Below are positions 18,865 through 28,864 of a stretch of 64,000 nucleotides of DNA, piece after piece. This DNA is from an uncultured Clostridia bacterium (GTDB taxonomy: Bacteria; Bacillota; Clostridia; Christensenellales; UBA1242), in the NCBI GenBank assembly GCA_937925475.1, contig CALEWH010000021.1, positions 1,448 through 65,447 on the forward strand, given 5' to 3'. Every line of letters starts with the position of its first letter. Positions within the stretch are counted from its first letter, which is position 1. The translations under genes were made by a program, and so were the position numbers. The notes under the pieces were generated by a model that worked only from the letters and a program-made list of their open reading frames with translations, did no database searches and was not told where the DNA came from.

Positions 18865-21039
18865 ATGTTTTTACAATTAATGAAAGAAAAACTTAATACT
18901 GTCGACTACGAAAATGTAAATAATGCTTATGATTTAATAACCAATATCAAAACAAATGATAAGGTGTACAACAAAGACTTTGCGTTTTTGCTTGCCGAAA
19001 GAGTACTAGAAAACAAACTTGACTCAACATCTGTGGTTGTTTCTCTTTACTATCCGTTTTTTCTAAAAGAACTTGTGAGCGAAGAAGACATAAATGATAG
19101 TGAAGTGTACACTATGCTTTGTACTTTGCGTGAGCTTGACAAGTTTAATGTGTCTACTCGTGAAGCACAGTTGTCATCTACAAAGAGTATGTTTATGGCG
19201 ATAGCAAAGGATATGCGCGTTATAATCATAAAACTTTTTATCGAAGCGGTTCTTTTAAAATATCTTGACTACTTTGATAAGTCCACACAAGAGAGTATGA
19301 TGTATGCCTGCAAAGAGTTGTATGCGCCTACAAGTGCTATGCTTGGTATTTCACAAGTCAAAAACGAACTTGAAGAAGCGGTTTTTATGTACTACAAGCC
19401 AAAAGAGTATGCTGAGTTAAAGACCGCAGTCAATAAATACATTAGTCTTGGAAAAAATGATCTTGACCACGCAATCGAGAAAATTAAGACCGAACTTAGT
19501 CCAATTATCCCAAATGTAAAAGTCTATGGAAGACAAAAACAACTTGCTTCAATCAATAAAAAATTGCAAAGCAAAAAAATGGGTGTTAATACAATTATTG
19601 ACATTTACGGAAACAATGTTGTTGATGAGATGATGGAAGGGCACACATTTAGTTCGGTTAGAATCCAACAAATTGTTGACATACTAGCACTTCGTATTCT
19701 TGTTAATACTGTCGATGAATGTTATGAAGCACTTGGCAAAGTGTTTACTTTGTTCACGCCTGTGGGCAATTTTAAAGACTATATTGCCAATCCCAAAGAG
19801 AATGGTTATCAATCACTTCACGCTGTCGTAAAGCTTCCTTCTGGCTATCCGATTGAAGTCCAAATCCGTACATTTGAAATGCACAACTACGCTGAGTATG
19901 GTTTTGCCGCACACTGGGCATACAAAGAAAAGAAAAAAGTAAGTGCTAGCGATGTAAAAATCAATTACATTCGTCAAGTCATGGATTATTACAAAGATAA
20001 GTCACCAGACGAACTTGTAAGTATCCTAAAAACCGATGTGTATAGCGGTAAAATTTTTGTTCAATCTCCAATGGGCAAGATACTCGAACTTCCAGAAGAA
20101 GCGACACCAGTTGACTTTGCATATGCTATTCACTCAAAGATAGGCGACACATGTGTTGGTGCGAAAATTAACGGCCGAATGGTTCCGTTAAACACGCCTT
20201 TAAACAATGGTGATAATATAGAAATTATTACAAATGTCAATTCGAAAGGTCCATCAAGAGATTGGTTGAAATTTGTAAAAAGTCCAAATACTAAAAAACG
20301 CATAAACAATTTCTTCAAGAAAGAAATGAAAGAAGAAAACATAAAGAAAGGCAAAGCCATACTTGAAGCGCAAGCCAAAGCCAAAAATATCGTTTTGTCA
20401 AATCTACTAAAAGAAGAATATCTTGACGAATTGTTTGATAGATACGCACTTCAATCCATTGATGATATGTATGCAACAGTGGGTTATGGTGGTCTTACAA
20501 GCGGACAAATCCTAAACAAACTTATATCAATAGACAAAGAAAATCGTGCTGATGATGAAGTTAAAAATTATCCAGATAGAGTATTGCGCGAATATCGTGA
20601 CCAAGGTTCGGTCATTGTTCGTGGTTACTCAAATATGCTTACAAAATTTGCAAAATGTTGCAATCCACTTCCAGGTGACGAAATCATCGGATACATTTCA
20701 AGGGGAAAAGGTGTAACTATTCACCGTCGTGATTGCGCCGATATTCAAAACAATACGGATTATGAGCGTCTAATAGAGTGTGAGTGGAATGTTTCAAAAG
20801 ATAGCACATTTGTAGGAAGTATCCTTGTTGTATGTAAAAATATTGCAGGAGCATTGTCAAATATTACAAAGAAAATTAACGACAATAAAATCAATATTGA
20901 AGGCATAGTAAGTAGACAAAATCCAAACAATACTTGCACACTTCACATCCAACTTAATGTTAAGAAAAAACAAGAACTTGATGAGATTATTGCAAAACTA
21001 AACAACTTCTCGTTTGTGCTAGAAATTTATCGTATATAG
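18865..21039 (+). CDS. relA: RelA/SpoT-family (p)ppGpp synthetase with a degenerate HD hydrolase domain
   Basis: Synthetase motifs are intact (GRQKQLASINKK, DILALRILV, GYQSLH, EVQIRTFEMH, AHWAYK). TGS and ACT domains are present. HD hydrolase residues are absent (see findings). Confidence 0.9.
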   Translation: MFLQLMKEKLNTVDYENVNNAYDLITNIKTNDKVYNKDFAFLLAERVLENKLDSTSVVVSLYYPFFLKELVSEEDINDSEVYTMLCTLRELDKFNVSTREAQLSSTKSMFMAIAKDMRVIIIKLFIEAVLLKYLDYFDKSTQESMMYACKELYAPTSAMLGISQVKNELEEAVFMYYKPKEYAELKTAVNKYISLGKNDLDHAIEKIKTELSPIIPNVKVYGRQKQLASINKKLQSKKMGVNTIIDIYGNNVVDEMMEGHTFSSVRIQQIVDILALRILVNTVDECYEALGKVFTLFTPVGNFKDYIANPKENGYQSLHAVVKLPSGYPIEVQIRTFEMHNYAEYGFAAHWAYKEKKKVSASDVKINYIRQVMDYYKDKSPDELVSILKTDVYSGKIFVQSPMGKILELPEEATPVDFAYAIHSKIGDTCVGAKINGRMVPLNTPLNNGDNIEIITNVNSKGPSRDWLKFVKSPNTKKRINNFFKKEMKEENIKKGKAILEAQAKAKNIVLSNLLKEEYLDELFDRYALQSIDDMYATVGYGGLTSGQILNKLISIDKENRADDEVKNYPDRVLREYRDQGSVIVRGYSNMLTKFAKCCNPLPGDEIIGYISRGKGVTIHRRDCADIQNNTDYERLIECEWNVSKDSTFVGSILVVCKNIAGALSNITKKINDNKINIEGIVSRQNPNNTCTLHIQLNVKKKQELDEIIAKLNNFSFVLEIYRI

Positions 21040-21048
21040 GTGGAGTTT

Positions 21049-22458
21049 ATGGAATTTGTTTGCACAGATGAAAAACTAAAAGATGAGTTGTTGTTGGTCA
21101 TAAAATTGTTTTATGGCGAAAACTATAATGATGTAAAAATTTGCATAAATCACGACTATACTATTAGTGATAATATCATAACTAATAATGTTACAATAAC
21201 TGACAAGCGTACACACAATTTTACTCTCGTGGATAATATGCCACAAAATGATAAGAGTGAGTACAAATATATAAAAAGATATGCAAAATTATGTCTATAT
21301 AAAGCACTATCAAAATACACTCACAAATCACTTCCTTGGGGAAGTCTTACTGGCATTAGACCTACAAAACTATTGTACGAATTATCAAATAATGATAAAA
21401 ATCAATTAAAAACAGCAACTAAAACGCTAAAAAATGTGTTTTATGTAAGTAAAAAGAAATCTGACATTGCTAAAGAAATAATAGAAAATCAAAATATTGT
21501 AAGAGATGATAAGTGTGTAGATTTTTATATAAACATACCTTTTTGTCCTACAAAATGTAGATATTGTAGTTTTGTAAGCGGAGGGTTGAAAGAGTGTGGC
21601 CATTTACTTGACCCTTATCTAGTTGCTCTAAAATATGAAATACAAAAATCGCTTACATTTTTGAAAGAAAATGGTTATAAAATCAAAACCATTTATATTG
21701 GTGGTGGAACTCCAACTACGCTTAGCGCCGAACAACTTGATAGTCTGCTAACGTCTATTGATGTAAGTGTAAAAGAGTTTACAGTTGAGAGTGGGAGACC
21801 AGATACAATCACTAAGGAAAAACTTGATGTTTTGTCCAAACATAAAGTGACCCGAATTTGTATCAATCCCCAAACCTTTTGTGACAGTACACTTATCGCT
21901 ATTGGTCGTGACCATACTACAAAAGACACGATTAGCGCATACAATCTTGCAAGATGTTATGATTTTATAATCAATATGGATCTTATTGCGGGTCTCGAAG
22001 ACGAAGATTTTTCGACATTGAAAAATAGTCTCAACACTGCAATTTCACTTGCACCTGACAATATAACTGTACACACTTTAAGTGTTAAGCGTGCGTCAAG
22101 ATTAATTAGTGAAGAGCATATTCTTCAAAATGCAAAACTAGTCGAAAAGATGACTGACTATTCGTATAGGCGACTTAAAAAGAATGACTATCATCCATAT
22201 TACTTATACAAGCAAAAAAATATGATAGGCAATCTTGAAAATATTGGTTATTATAAAGGTGATACAAAATGTGTCTTTAATATTGATAGTATGGAAGAGT
22301 GTGCAAGTATATTTGCTTGCGGTGCTAACGCTATTAGCAAAAGATACTGGTCTAAAATTGACCGCATAGAAAGATGGGCAAATGTTAAAAACATCAATGA
22401 GTATATCTCACGGATAGATGAAATGCTTGATAAAAAGTTTGCTCTTTTCAAAAAATAG
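21049..22458 (+). CDS. hemZ: HemN/HemZ-like radical SAM protein (coproporphyrinogen dehydrogenase-like)
   Basis: CxxxCxxC (CPTKCRYCSF), IYIGGGTPT, and a roughly 160-aa N-terminal extension typical of HemZ. Start at ATG 21049 behind AGGTG; GTG 21040 is an alternative. Confidence 0.8.
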   Translation: MEFVCTDEKLKDELLLVIKLFYGENYNDVKICINHDYTISDNIITNNVTITDKRTHNFTLVDNMPQNDKSEYKYIKRYAKLCLYKALSKYTHKSLPWGSLTGIRPTKLLYELSNNDKNQLKTATKTLKNVFYVSKKKSDIAKEIIENQNIVRDDKCVDFYINIPFCPTKCRYCSFVSGGLKECGHLLDPYLVALKYEIQKSLTFLKENGYKIKTIYIGGGTPTTLSAEQLDSLLTSIDVSVKEFTVESGRPDTITKEKLDVLSKHKVTRICINPQTFCDSTLIAIGRDHTTKDTISAYNLARCYDFIINMDLIAGLEDEDFSTLKNSLNTAISLAPDNITVHTLSVKRASRLISEEHILQNAKLVEKMTDYSYRRLKKNDYHPYYLYKQKNMIGNLENIGYYKGDTKCVFNIDSMEECASIFACGANAISKRYWSKIDRIERWANVKNINEYISRIDEMLDKKFALFKK

Positions 22459-22502
22459 AGTTGTTTGTAGTTAAATGAAATCGGCATAATTCGAGATTTT
22501 AT

Positions 22503-22532
22503 AAGGTCAAAACAATTTTGGCCTTATTTTTA
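22503..22532 (+). terminator. terminator after hemZ
   Basis: aaggtcaaaa/ttttggcctt (one G-U pair) followed by a T-rich tail. Confidence 0.55.
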
Positions 22533-22549
22533 TTTATATAAAATAATAC

Positions 22550-22578
22550 TTTACAAGGGTATTTTTTTGTGGTAATAT
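22550..22578 (+). promoter_or_regulatory. sigma-A promoter of rpsO
   Basis: TTTACA (22550-22555), 17-nt spacer, TGgTAATAT extended -10 (22573-22578). Confidence 0.6.
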
Positions 22579-22660
22579 ATCGTTGTACCTAAGGCTAGGG
22601 GATTAGATACCTTCGACTGTCTACTTGGTCATAGGCAAATAGAAATTTTAGGAGGAACTT

Positions 22661-22924
22661 ATGATAAGCAAAGATAAAAAACAAGCAGTGATTAAAGAAT
22701 ATGCTCGTAAAGAAGGCGACACAGGTAGTAGTGAAGTTCAAATCGCTATACTTACCGCTCGTATTCAAGAACTTACTGAGCACATCAAATCAAACCCTAA
22801 TGACTTGCACAGCCGTCGTGGTTTGACCCAACTTGTAAGCAATCGTAAAAAATTGTTGAGATACTTAGAGTGCACTGATCTTGAAAAATATCGTGCACTT
22901 AAAGCACAACTTAAAATCAGATAA
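22661..22924 (+). CDS. rpsO: 30S ribosomal protein S15
   Basis: 87 aa, [17 protein letters not shown]...[15 protein letters not shown], with SD AGGAGG. Confidence 0.96.
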   Translation: MISKDKKQAVIKEYARKEGDTGSSEVQIAILTARIQELTEHIKSNPNDLHSRRGLTQLVSNRKKLLRYLECTDLEKYRALKAQLKIR

Positions 22925-22928
22925 TATT

Positions 22929-22956
22929 AAAGCGAAAGACTCTTTCGCTTTTTTAT
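22929..22956 (+). terminator. rpsO terminator/attenuator ahead of pnp
   Basis: agcgaaag-act-ctttcgct followed by a T-run. Confidence 0.8.
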
Positions 22957-22977
22957 AATTAAAATTAGGAGAAAAAT

Positions 22978-25083
22978 ATGCAACCAAAATTATTTAACAT
23001 TAAGCCTCAAGTTTTCCACACCCAAATTGGTGGTAGAGATGTCGAAGTTGAGGTAGGTAAGTATGCCATGAACACAAATGGACACTGCATGGTCAAATGT
23101 GGTGACACAGTAGTAATGGTAAACACATGTATGTCTGAGACTCCGCGTCCCGGTCAAGACTTTTTCCCACTTAGCGTAGACTACGAGGAAAAACTTTATT
23201 CGGTAGGCAAAATTCCTGGCGGATTTAAAAAGCGTGAAGGCAGACCAGCTGATAGTGCCATTCTTACAAGCCGTCTAATTGATAGACCACTAAGACCATT
23301 GTTCCCAAAAGGATTTTTCAATGATGTAACTGTATGCGTAACTCCACTAAGCGTGGATTATGACACACCACCTGAGCCACTAGCAATGTTTGCAAGTTCG
23401 GTCGCTTTGTCGATTAGTGATATGCCATTTGGTGGACCTACTGGAAGCGTGCAAGTTGCACTAGTAGATGGAAAGTACATCATCAATCCAAACACCGATC
23501 AAATGGAAAAAAGCCTTATTGACCTTAAAGTTGCTGGAACAAAAGAAGCAATTTTGATGGTTGAAGCAGGCGCAAAAGAAGTTACTGAGGAGCAAATGCT
23601 ACAAGGCATACTATTTGCTCACGAAGAAATCAAAAAACAAGTTGCGTTCCAAGAAGAAATGGTCAAAGCACTAGGAATCAAAAAACGCGACGACATCGAA
23701 TACTATGTTATCCCTGAGGATCTAGCAAAAGATGTAAGAGAGTATGCATACTCGAAGATGGAAGAGGTTATGTCACACTTCGACCGTCACGAGAGAGACA
23801 ATGCCGAAGAAGAAATGAATAAAGATGTTCTTGCACACTTCGAAGAGAAATATCCAGAGAGCGAAAGAGAAATTCTTGACACTTTGTATAAAATCAAAAA
23901 AGAAGTTATGCGTAAGAAAATCATCAACGAAGGCATAAGACCAGATGGCAGAAAACTTGATGAAATCAGACCTATCTGGTGTGAAGTGGGTATACTTCCA
24001 CGCGTACATGGTAGCGCAGTATTCACTCGTGGTGAAACTCAAGCATTAACTACTGTTACACTTGGCTCACTTTCTGATATGCAAAAACTAGAAGGTCTTG
24101 ATGAAGAAGACGAAAAACGCTATATGCACCACTACAACTTCCCTGGATATTCGACTGGTGAAGCAAAACCATTAAAGTCGGCAGGTAGAAGAGAGATAGG
24201 ACACGGCGCATTGGCTGAGCGTGCTCTTGTCCCTGTACTTCCAAGCGAAGAAGAGTTTCCATATGCAATCCGTACAGTTAGTGAGATCCTAAGCAGTAAC
24301 GGAAGCACAAGCCAAGCAAGTGTTTGCGGAAGCACATTGTCACTTATGGATGCTGGTGTACCTATTAAAGCCCCTGTTGCTGGTGTTGCTATGGGTCTTA
24401 TTAAAGAAGAAGAAACTGGCAAAGTTGCTATCCTTACAGATATTCAAGGACTAGAAGACTTCCTAGGAGATATGGACTTTAAAGTAGCCGGTACTAAGAA
24501 AGGAATCACAGCCATCCAAATGGATATAAAAATAAAAGGTATTGACGAAAAAATCCTTCGTGAAGCCCTAGAACGCGCTCGTGTAGGTCGTCTATTTATC
24601 CTTGACAAAATGACAGCAGTAATCGCAGAACCTAGAAAAGAGCTTAGCAAATACGCTCCAAAGATCATTTCTTTCAATATCAACCCTGACAAAATTAAAG
24701 ATGTTATTGGAAGCGGTGGAAAGACAATCAATAAGATCATTGACGAAACAGGTGTCAAGATCGACATAACTGACGAAGGAATGGTTATGGTGGCAAGTGT
24801 TGATACAGCAATGATGGAAAAAGCAAAAGAAATCATTTTGTCAATCGCAGAAGACATTGAAGTAGGCAAAACATATACAGGTACAGTAGACCGCATATTG
24901 CAATTTGGTGCTTTTGTAAACCTTGGCTACAACAAAGAAGGAATGATTCATATTTCAAAACTTTCGTCAAAGAGAGTAGAGAAGGTCGAAGATGTCGTAA
25001 AAATTGGCGACAAAGTTGAAGTAAAATGTATCAAAAACGACAAAGGCAAAATTGATCTCCAACTTCTTGGTGTGTTCAACTAA
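22978..25083 (+). CDS. pnp: polyribonucleotide nucleotidyltransferase (PNPase)
   Basis: Two RNase PH domains, then KH (IGSGGKTINKI) and S1 (GTVDRILQFGAFVNL) domains. 701 aa. Confidence 0.97.
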   Translation: MQPKLFNIKPQVFHTQIGGRDVEVEVGKYAMNTNGHCMVKCGDTVVMVNTCMSETPRPGQDFFPLSVDYEEKLYSVGKIPGGFKKREGRPADSAILTSRLIDRPLRPLFPKGFFNDVTVCVTPLSVDYDTPPEPLAMFASSVALSISDMPFGGPTGSVQVALVDGKYIINPNTDQMEKSLIDLKVAGTKEAILMVEAGAKEVTEEQMLQGILFAHEEIKKQVAFQEEMVKALGIKKRDDIEYYVIPEDLAKDVREYAYSKMEEVMSHFDRHERDNAEEEMNKDVLAHFEEKYPESEREILDTLYKIKKEVMRKKIINEGIRPDGRKLDEIRPIWCEVGILPRVHGSAVFTRGETQALTTVTLGSLSDMQKLEGLDEEDEKRYMHHYNFPGYSTGEAKPLKSAGRREIGHGALAERALVPVLPSEEEFPYAIRTVSEILSSNGSTSQASVCGSTLSLMDAGVPIKAPVAGVAMGLIKEEETGKVAILTDIQGLEDFLGDMDFKVAGTKKGITAIQMDIKIKGIDEKILREALERARVGRLFILDKMTAVIAEPRKELSKYAPKIISFNINPDKIKDVIGSGGKTINKIIDETGVKIDITDEGMVMVASVDTAMMEKAKEIILSIAEDIEVGKTYTGTVDRILQFGAFVNLGYNKEGMIHISKLSSKRVEKVEDVVKIGDKVEVKCIKNDKGKIDLQLLGVFN

Positions 25084-25150
25084 CATATATCACATTTGGT
25101 ACTTGCACAGTGCTACTGCACTGTGTTTGTATATAGAATTAAGCAAATTA

Positions 25151-25177
25151 AAGACTGCAAAAGCGGTCTTTTTTTTG
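25151..25177 (+). terminator. terminator after pnp (second of two hairpins)
   Basis: aagactgc-aaaa-gcggtctt followed by T8. A weaker hairpin lies at 25106-25125. Confidence 0.75.
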
Positions 25178-25254
25178 TTATATTTCAATAACCTATTTTG
25201 AATAGAGTACACCAAATCAGTCATACAACAACAAGTAAAATCATACATTACAAT

Positions 25255-25950
25255 ATGAAACGAAAAACGATTGTCACAAACCTTATAATAGTCTGTATGT
25301 TAAGCACACTGCTTATGTTTACGATGTCTGTAAAGACCCAATATGCTTTCAATTATGAAAACAATGATGTCATTTACAATGGCGACCGCGACACAAACAA
25401 AGTATGTTTTATGATAAATGTGTACTGGGGAAACGAGTACTTGCCTGATATACTCGATGTACTTGATAGATACAATGTAAAAACCACATTTTTTGTAGGC
25501 GGAACTTGGGTAAATAAATATCCCGAGTTGCTACTTGACATTGTATCAAGGGGACACGAGATAGGCAATCATGGTTACTTTCATAAAGACCAAGACAAAC
25601 TCGACTATGACGGAAATTATCAAGAGATATCTATGTGTCACAAGATTGTAAAAAGCTCTGCCGGCATTGATATGAATCTATTTGCGCCACCAAGCGGAGC
25701 ATTTAACAATTCGACCCTTCAAGCGAGCACAAAACTAGGTTATCGAACAATAATGTGGACGCGCGACACTATTGATTGGCGTGACAAAAATAGCAACACT
25801 ATTTATAATCGCGCCACTCAAAAAACAGTTGGTGGTGATTTGATTTTGGCACATCCGACCGAAATGACCCTTAAAGCATTGCCAAACATTTTGGAGTATT
25901 TTGTTCAAAATGGTCTTGTTGCTTCGACAGTAAGTGATGTTTTGGGCTGA
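25255..25950 (+). CDS. polysaccharide deacetylase-family sporulation protein (YlxY/PdaB-like)
   Basis: N-terminal TM segment. NodB-type motifs INVYWGNEY, TTFFVGG, GHEIGNHGYFH. Sits downstream of pnp, as ylxY does in Bacillus. Confidence 0.8.
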   Translation: MKRKTIVTNLIIVCMLSTLLMFTMSVKTQYAFNYENNDVIYNGDRDTNKVCFMINVYWGNEYLPDILDVLDRYNVKTTFFVGGTWVNKYPELLLDIVSRGHEIGNHGYFHKDQDKLDYDGNYQEISMCHKIVKSSAGIDMNLFAPPSGAFNNSTLQASTKLGYRTIMWTRDTIDWRDKNSNTIYNRATQKTVGGDLILAHPTEMTLKALPNILEYFVQNGLVASTVSDVLG

Positions 25951-26038
25951 AATTAATTACATTATGTCAAGTTTTTGTTTTTACTAAAATATTTTATATG
26001 ATATAATCATATAAATCTTATCATAGGGGAGCACGACC

Positions 26039-28864
26039 TTGGCTATTTATTCGAGCAAACAAAATAAGTTAAAAAAAGAAAAAATACAAAAAGTTGGCAT
26101 TTCACTTATCGTGATTTTTAGCGTTTTGCTACTAAACCTTCTTTTCGGAATTATCCCATTCATAAACTCGTTTTTCCTTGGATTTTTTGGGCTATTTTCA
26201 TATGCTTTGTTTTTGTCGATGATAGTGCTTGGCGTTTTGTTTTTAAATAAAAAACGCATCACAACAAACAAAAAAGATATTGTGCTTTATGTGTTGTGGT
26301 TGTTTTTCTTTATGTGCATTTTACACCTTGCTACATCAGTTGGAGCAGGTGAAACATATGGCGAGTACTTGTCTAGCGTGTACGCAAAAAAATACACTGC
26401 TGGTGGTCTTTTTATAGGCATTTTTGTTTATCCGCTTTACTCATTGACATATGCACTTGCAAGTTATGTATTGTATGCAGTTGTACTTACTATCCTTACA
26501 GCAATTATTATTGACCGCATTATTACTAGACGCAACATCAAAAATGTTACTTTATCAAAGACACAAGTAGACGACCACGAAGATTTGCTTGATCCAAACT
26601 ATGAAGAAGTTGTACAAAACACTCCTTCAAAACCAAAGTATGACGACAATATATTTGTTGATGACGATTATGAGGTCAAAAATGACCTTGTAGAAAATAG
26701 TGTCAGAGATAAAGACAAAGACAAGGCACGCAAGATATTGGGACTTGCCACAGATGATGAAGACGATGTAGTTAGCACTGATGAGACTCCAAGCACATCA
26801 AAGTTTGATTTCAATACTGCTCAAAAACTTGGAATGGACAAAAACGACTATATTAAGACCCCATACAATCCGTTTGATAGTATTAGTTCGGGTCAAAACA
26901 AAAGGTCGATAATGGTGCACGATGACGAGTTTGACCTAGAAAAAGAAAGTCCAGTCGAAACAAAGACAACCAAACCAGAAATGACCGAGGCAAAGAAAAA
27001 ATCTTTGGAGTTTTTGAAAGCTACAATAGGCGAGTATAGCCCGCTTGAAAGTGATAAGAAAAAGGAAGAACAATACGACATCTACGACCAAAACTTTTCA
27101 ATGGAAGACTATAAAGGAAACAAAGAAAAGTATAATTCGTCCAGTCCAAACTTCAACTTTAACCTAAATACAAACTTTAACGATGATATGGTCACCGACG
27201 ATAGCGATAGTGATGAAGAAATAAACGAATTGTCTTTTGACGACATTGACGCAAAAGAAGTGGATTATAAAGCATACACAGCACCTACCACACGACCATA
27301 CACAATGGAAAATAAGGTTGAGATAGCGAAGCCAAAAACCTATATGCAAGTTGACATCAATGAAATTAGCAGAAAGGCTGAAAAACCTAAAAAACTTCCT
27401 AAACCATCAAGATATATTGCGCCAGACCTATCGTTGCTTCGTGATTACAACATAAACAATGTGGTTAATCGTGAAGAACTTGAAATAAAAGGTGAGCGTC
27501 TTGAAAAGACACTAGAAGCGTTTAAAATCCCAGCGAAAATTACAAACATAACCGTTGGACCAGCATTTACTAGATACGAATTGCAAATGCCGCTTGGCAT
27601 ACCAGTAAGCCGTATCAATCCAATAATCGACAATGTTTCGATGTCGCTCGAATCATTTGGAAATATTCGTACAGAGATACCAATCCCAGGTAAAAACGCA
27701 TTTGGTATAGAGGTTCCTAATCCAAAAATAACCACTGTTGGACTTAGAGATATCTTAGCATCGGACAATTTCCAAAAAGCGAAAAACCCACTAACATATG
27801 CACTTGGAAAAGATATCGGTGGTGAGTGTAGAGTATCCGCAATTAATGACGCTCCACACTTGTTGATAGCCGGTAGTACTGGTAGTGGTAAATCGGTCTG
27901 CCTTAATGCAATGCTTATAAGCCTTGTGTATAAGACCAGTCCCGAAGATGTTCGTATTATACTTATAGACCCAAAACAAGTTGAGTTTACTCTGTACAAT
28001 GGACTTCCACACTTACTAGTGCCAAAGGTTATTACAGCGCCAGACAAAGCCTTGGATGCACTTAGTTGGTGCGTAGATGAAATGGAACGCAGATTTTCAT
28101 TGTTCTCTCAATTTAAGGTCAGAGATATCAAAGAATACAACAATCTTGAAGAAGTTAAGTCGCGTATCCAAGAAAAGATGCCTTATATCATAATTATTGT
28201 CGATGAGCTTGCCGACCTTATGACAAACAACAAAAAAGAGTTTGAAGAAAAGATAAACAAACTTGCCGCTAAATGTCGTGCAGCAGGTATTCACTTGGTT
28301 CTGGCGACACAAAGACCAAGCGTCGATGTCGTAACAGGTACAATCAAAAACAACCTTCCATCGCGTATCGCATTTGCAGTATCGTCCTTTAACGATAGCC
28401 GTACAATACTAGGCGAGGGTGGTGCAGAAAACTTGCTTGGAAAAGGTGATATGTTGTTTGCACTTCAAGGCAAACCTATCTCGCGTATCCAAGGTGCGTT
28501 TATCACAAACGAAGAAGTCGACGATGTAATCAGTTTTGTAAAGGAAAACAACGAAGCATACTTTGATGACGAAATCGAAGACAAGATGTTTAATCGAAAC
28601 AATGGCGGTATCGGATTTGATGCCGAACCTACTGCCGAAATGTTTGACCCACTTATGAAAGAAGCGTTGAGAAATGTCATAAGAAGCAACAATGTCAGCG
28701 CAAGCAAACTACAACGAATGTTCTCTATCGGCTTTACTCGTGCTGGTCGTATCGTGGACCAAATGGAAGCCGCCGGCTTTATCTCGGCAAAAGATAGCAA
28801 AAACAATCGTACAATTTTCATAACCCAACAAGAATTTGAAGAAAAATTTGGAGAAGACCTATAA
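26039..28864 (+). CDS. ftsK: DNA translocase FtsK/SpoIIIE
   Basis: TTG start behind AGGGGAG. N-terminal TM segments, a long low-complexity linker, Walker A GSTGSGKS, Walker B IIVDELADL, and a gamma wHTH (ASKLQRMFSIGFTRAGRIVDQME). Confidence 0.93.
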   Translation: MAIYSSKQNKLKKEKIQKVGISLIVIFSVLLLNLLFGIIPFINSFFLGFFGLFSYALFLSMIVLGVLFLNKKRITTNKKDIVLYVLWLFFFMCILHLATSVGAGETYGEYLSSVYAKKYTAGGLFIGIFVYPLYSLTYALASYVLYAVVLTILTAIIIDRIITRRNIKNVTLSKTQVDDHEDLLDPNYEEVVQNTPSKPKYDDNIFVDDDYEVKNDLVENSVRDKDKDKARKILGLATDDEDDVVSTDETPSTSKFDFNTAQKLGMDKNDYIKTPYNPFDSISSGQNKRSIMVHDDEFDLEKESPVETKTTKPEMTEAKKKSLEFLKATIGEYSPLESDKKKEEQYDIYDQNFSMEDYKGNKEKYNSSSPNFNFNLNTNFNDDMVTDDSDSDEEINELSFDDIDAKEVDYKAYTAPTTRPYTMENKVEIAKPKTYMQVDINEISRKAEKPKKLPKPSRYIAPDLSLLRDYNINNVVNREELEIKGERLEKTLEAFKIPAKITNITVGPAFTRYELQMPLGIPVSRINPIIDNVSMSLESFGNIRTEIPIPGKNAFGIEVPNPKITTVGLRDILASDNFQKAKNPLTYALGKDIGGECRVSAINDAPHLLIAGSTGSGKSVCLNAMLISLVYKTSPEDVRIILIDPKQVEFTLYNGLPHLLVPKVITAPDKALDALSWCVDEMERRFSLFSQFKVRDIKEYNNLEEVKSRIQEKMPYIIIIVDELADLMTNNKKEFEEKINKLAAKCRAAGIHLVLATQRPSVDVVTGTIKNNLPSRIAFAVSSFNDSRTILGEGGAENLLGKGDMLFALQGKPISRIQGAFITNEEVDDVISFVKENNEAYFDDEIEDKMFNRNNGGIGFDAEPTAEMFDPLMKEALRNVIRSNNVSASKLQRMFSIGFTRAGRIVDQMEAAGFISAKDSKNNRTIFITQQEFEEKFGEDL

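Noticed and set aside
22579-22660. A possible S15 autoregulatory leader upstream of rpsO.
   Set aside because: The leader length of about 80 nt is compatible. I could not fold a convincing three-way junction or pseudoknot by eye. This needs a covariance-model scan before it can be claimed.
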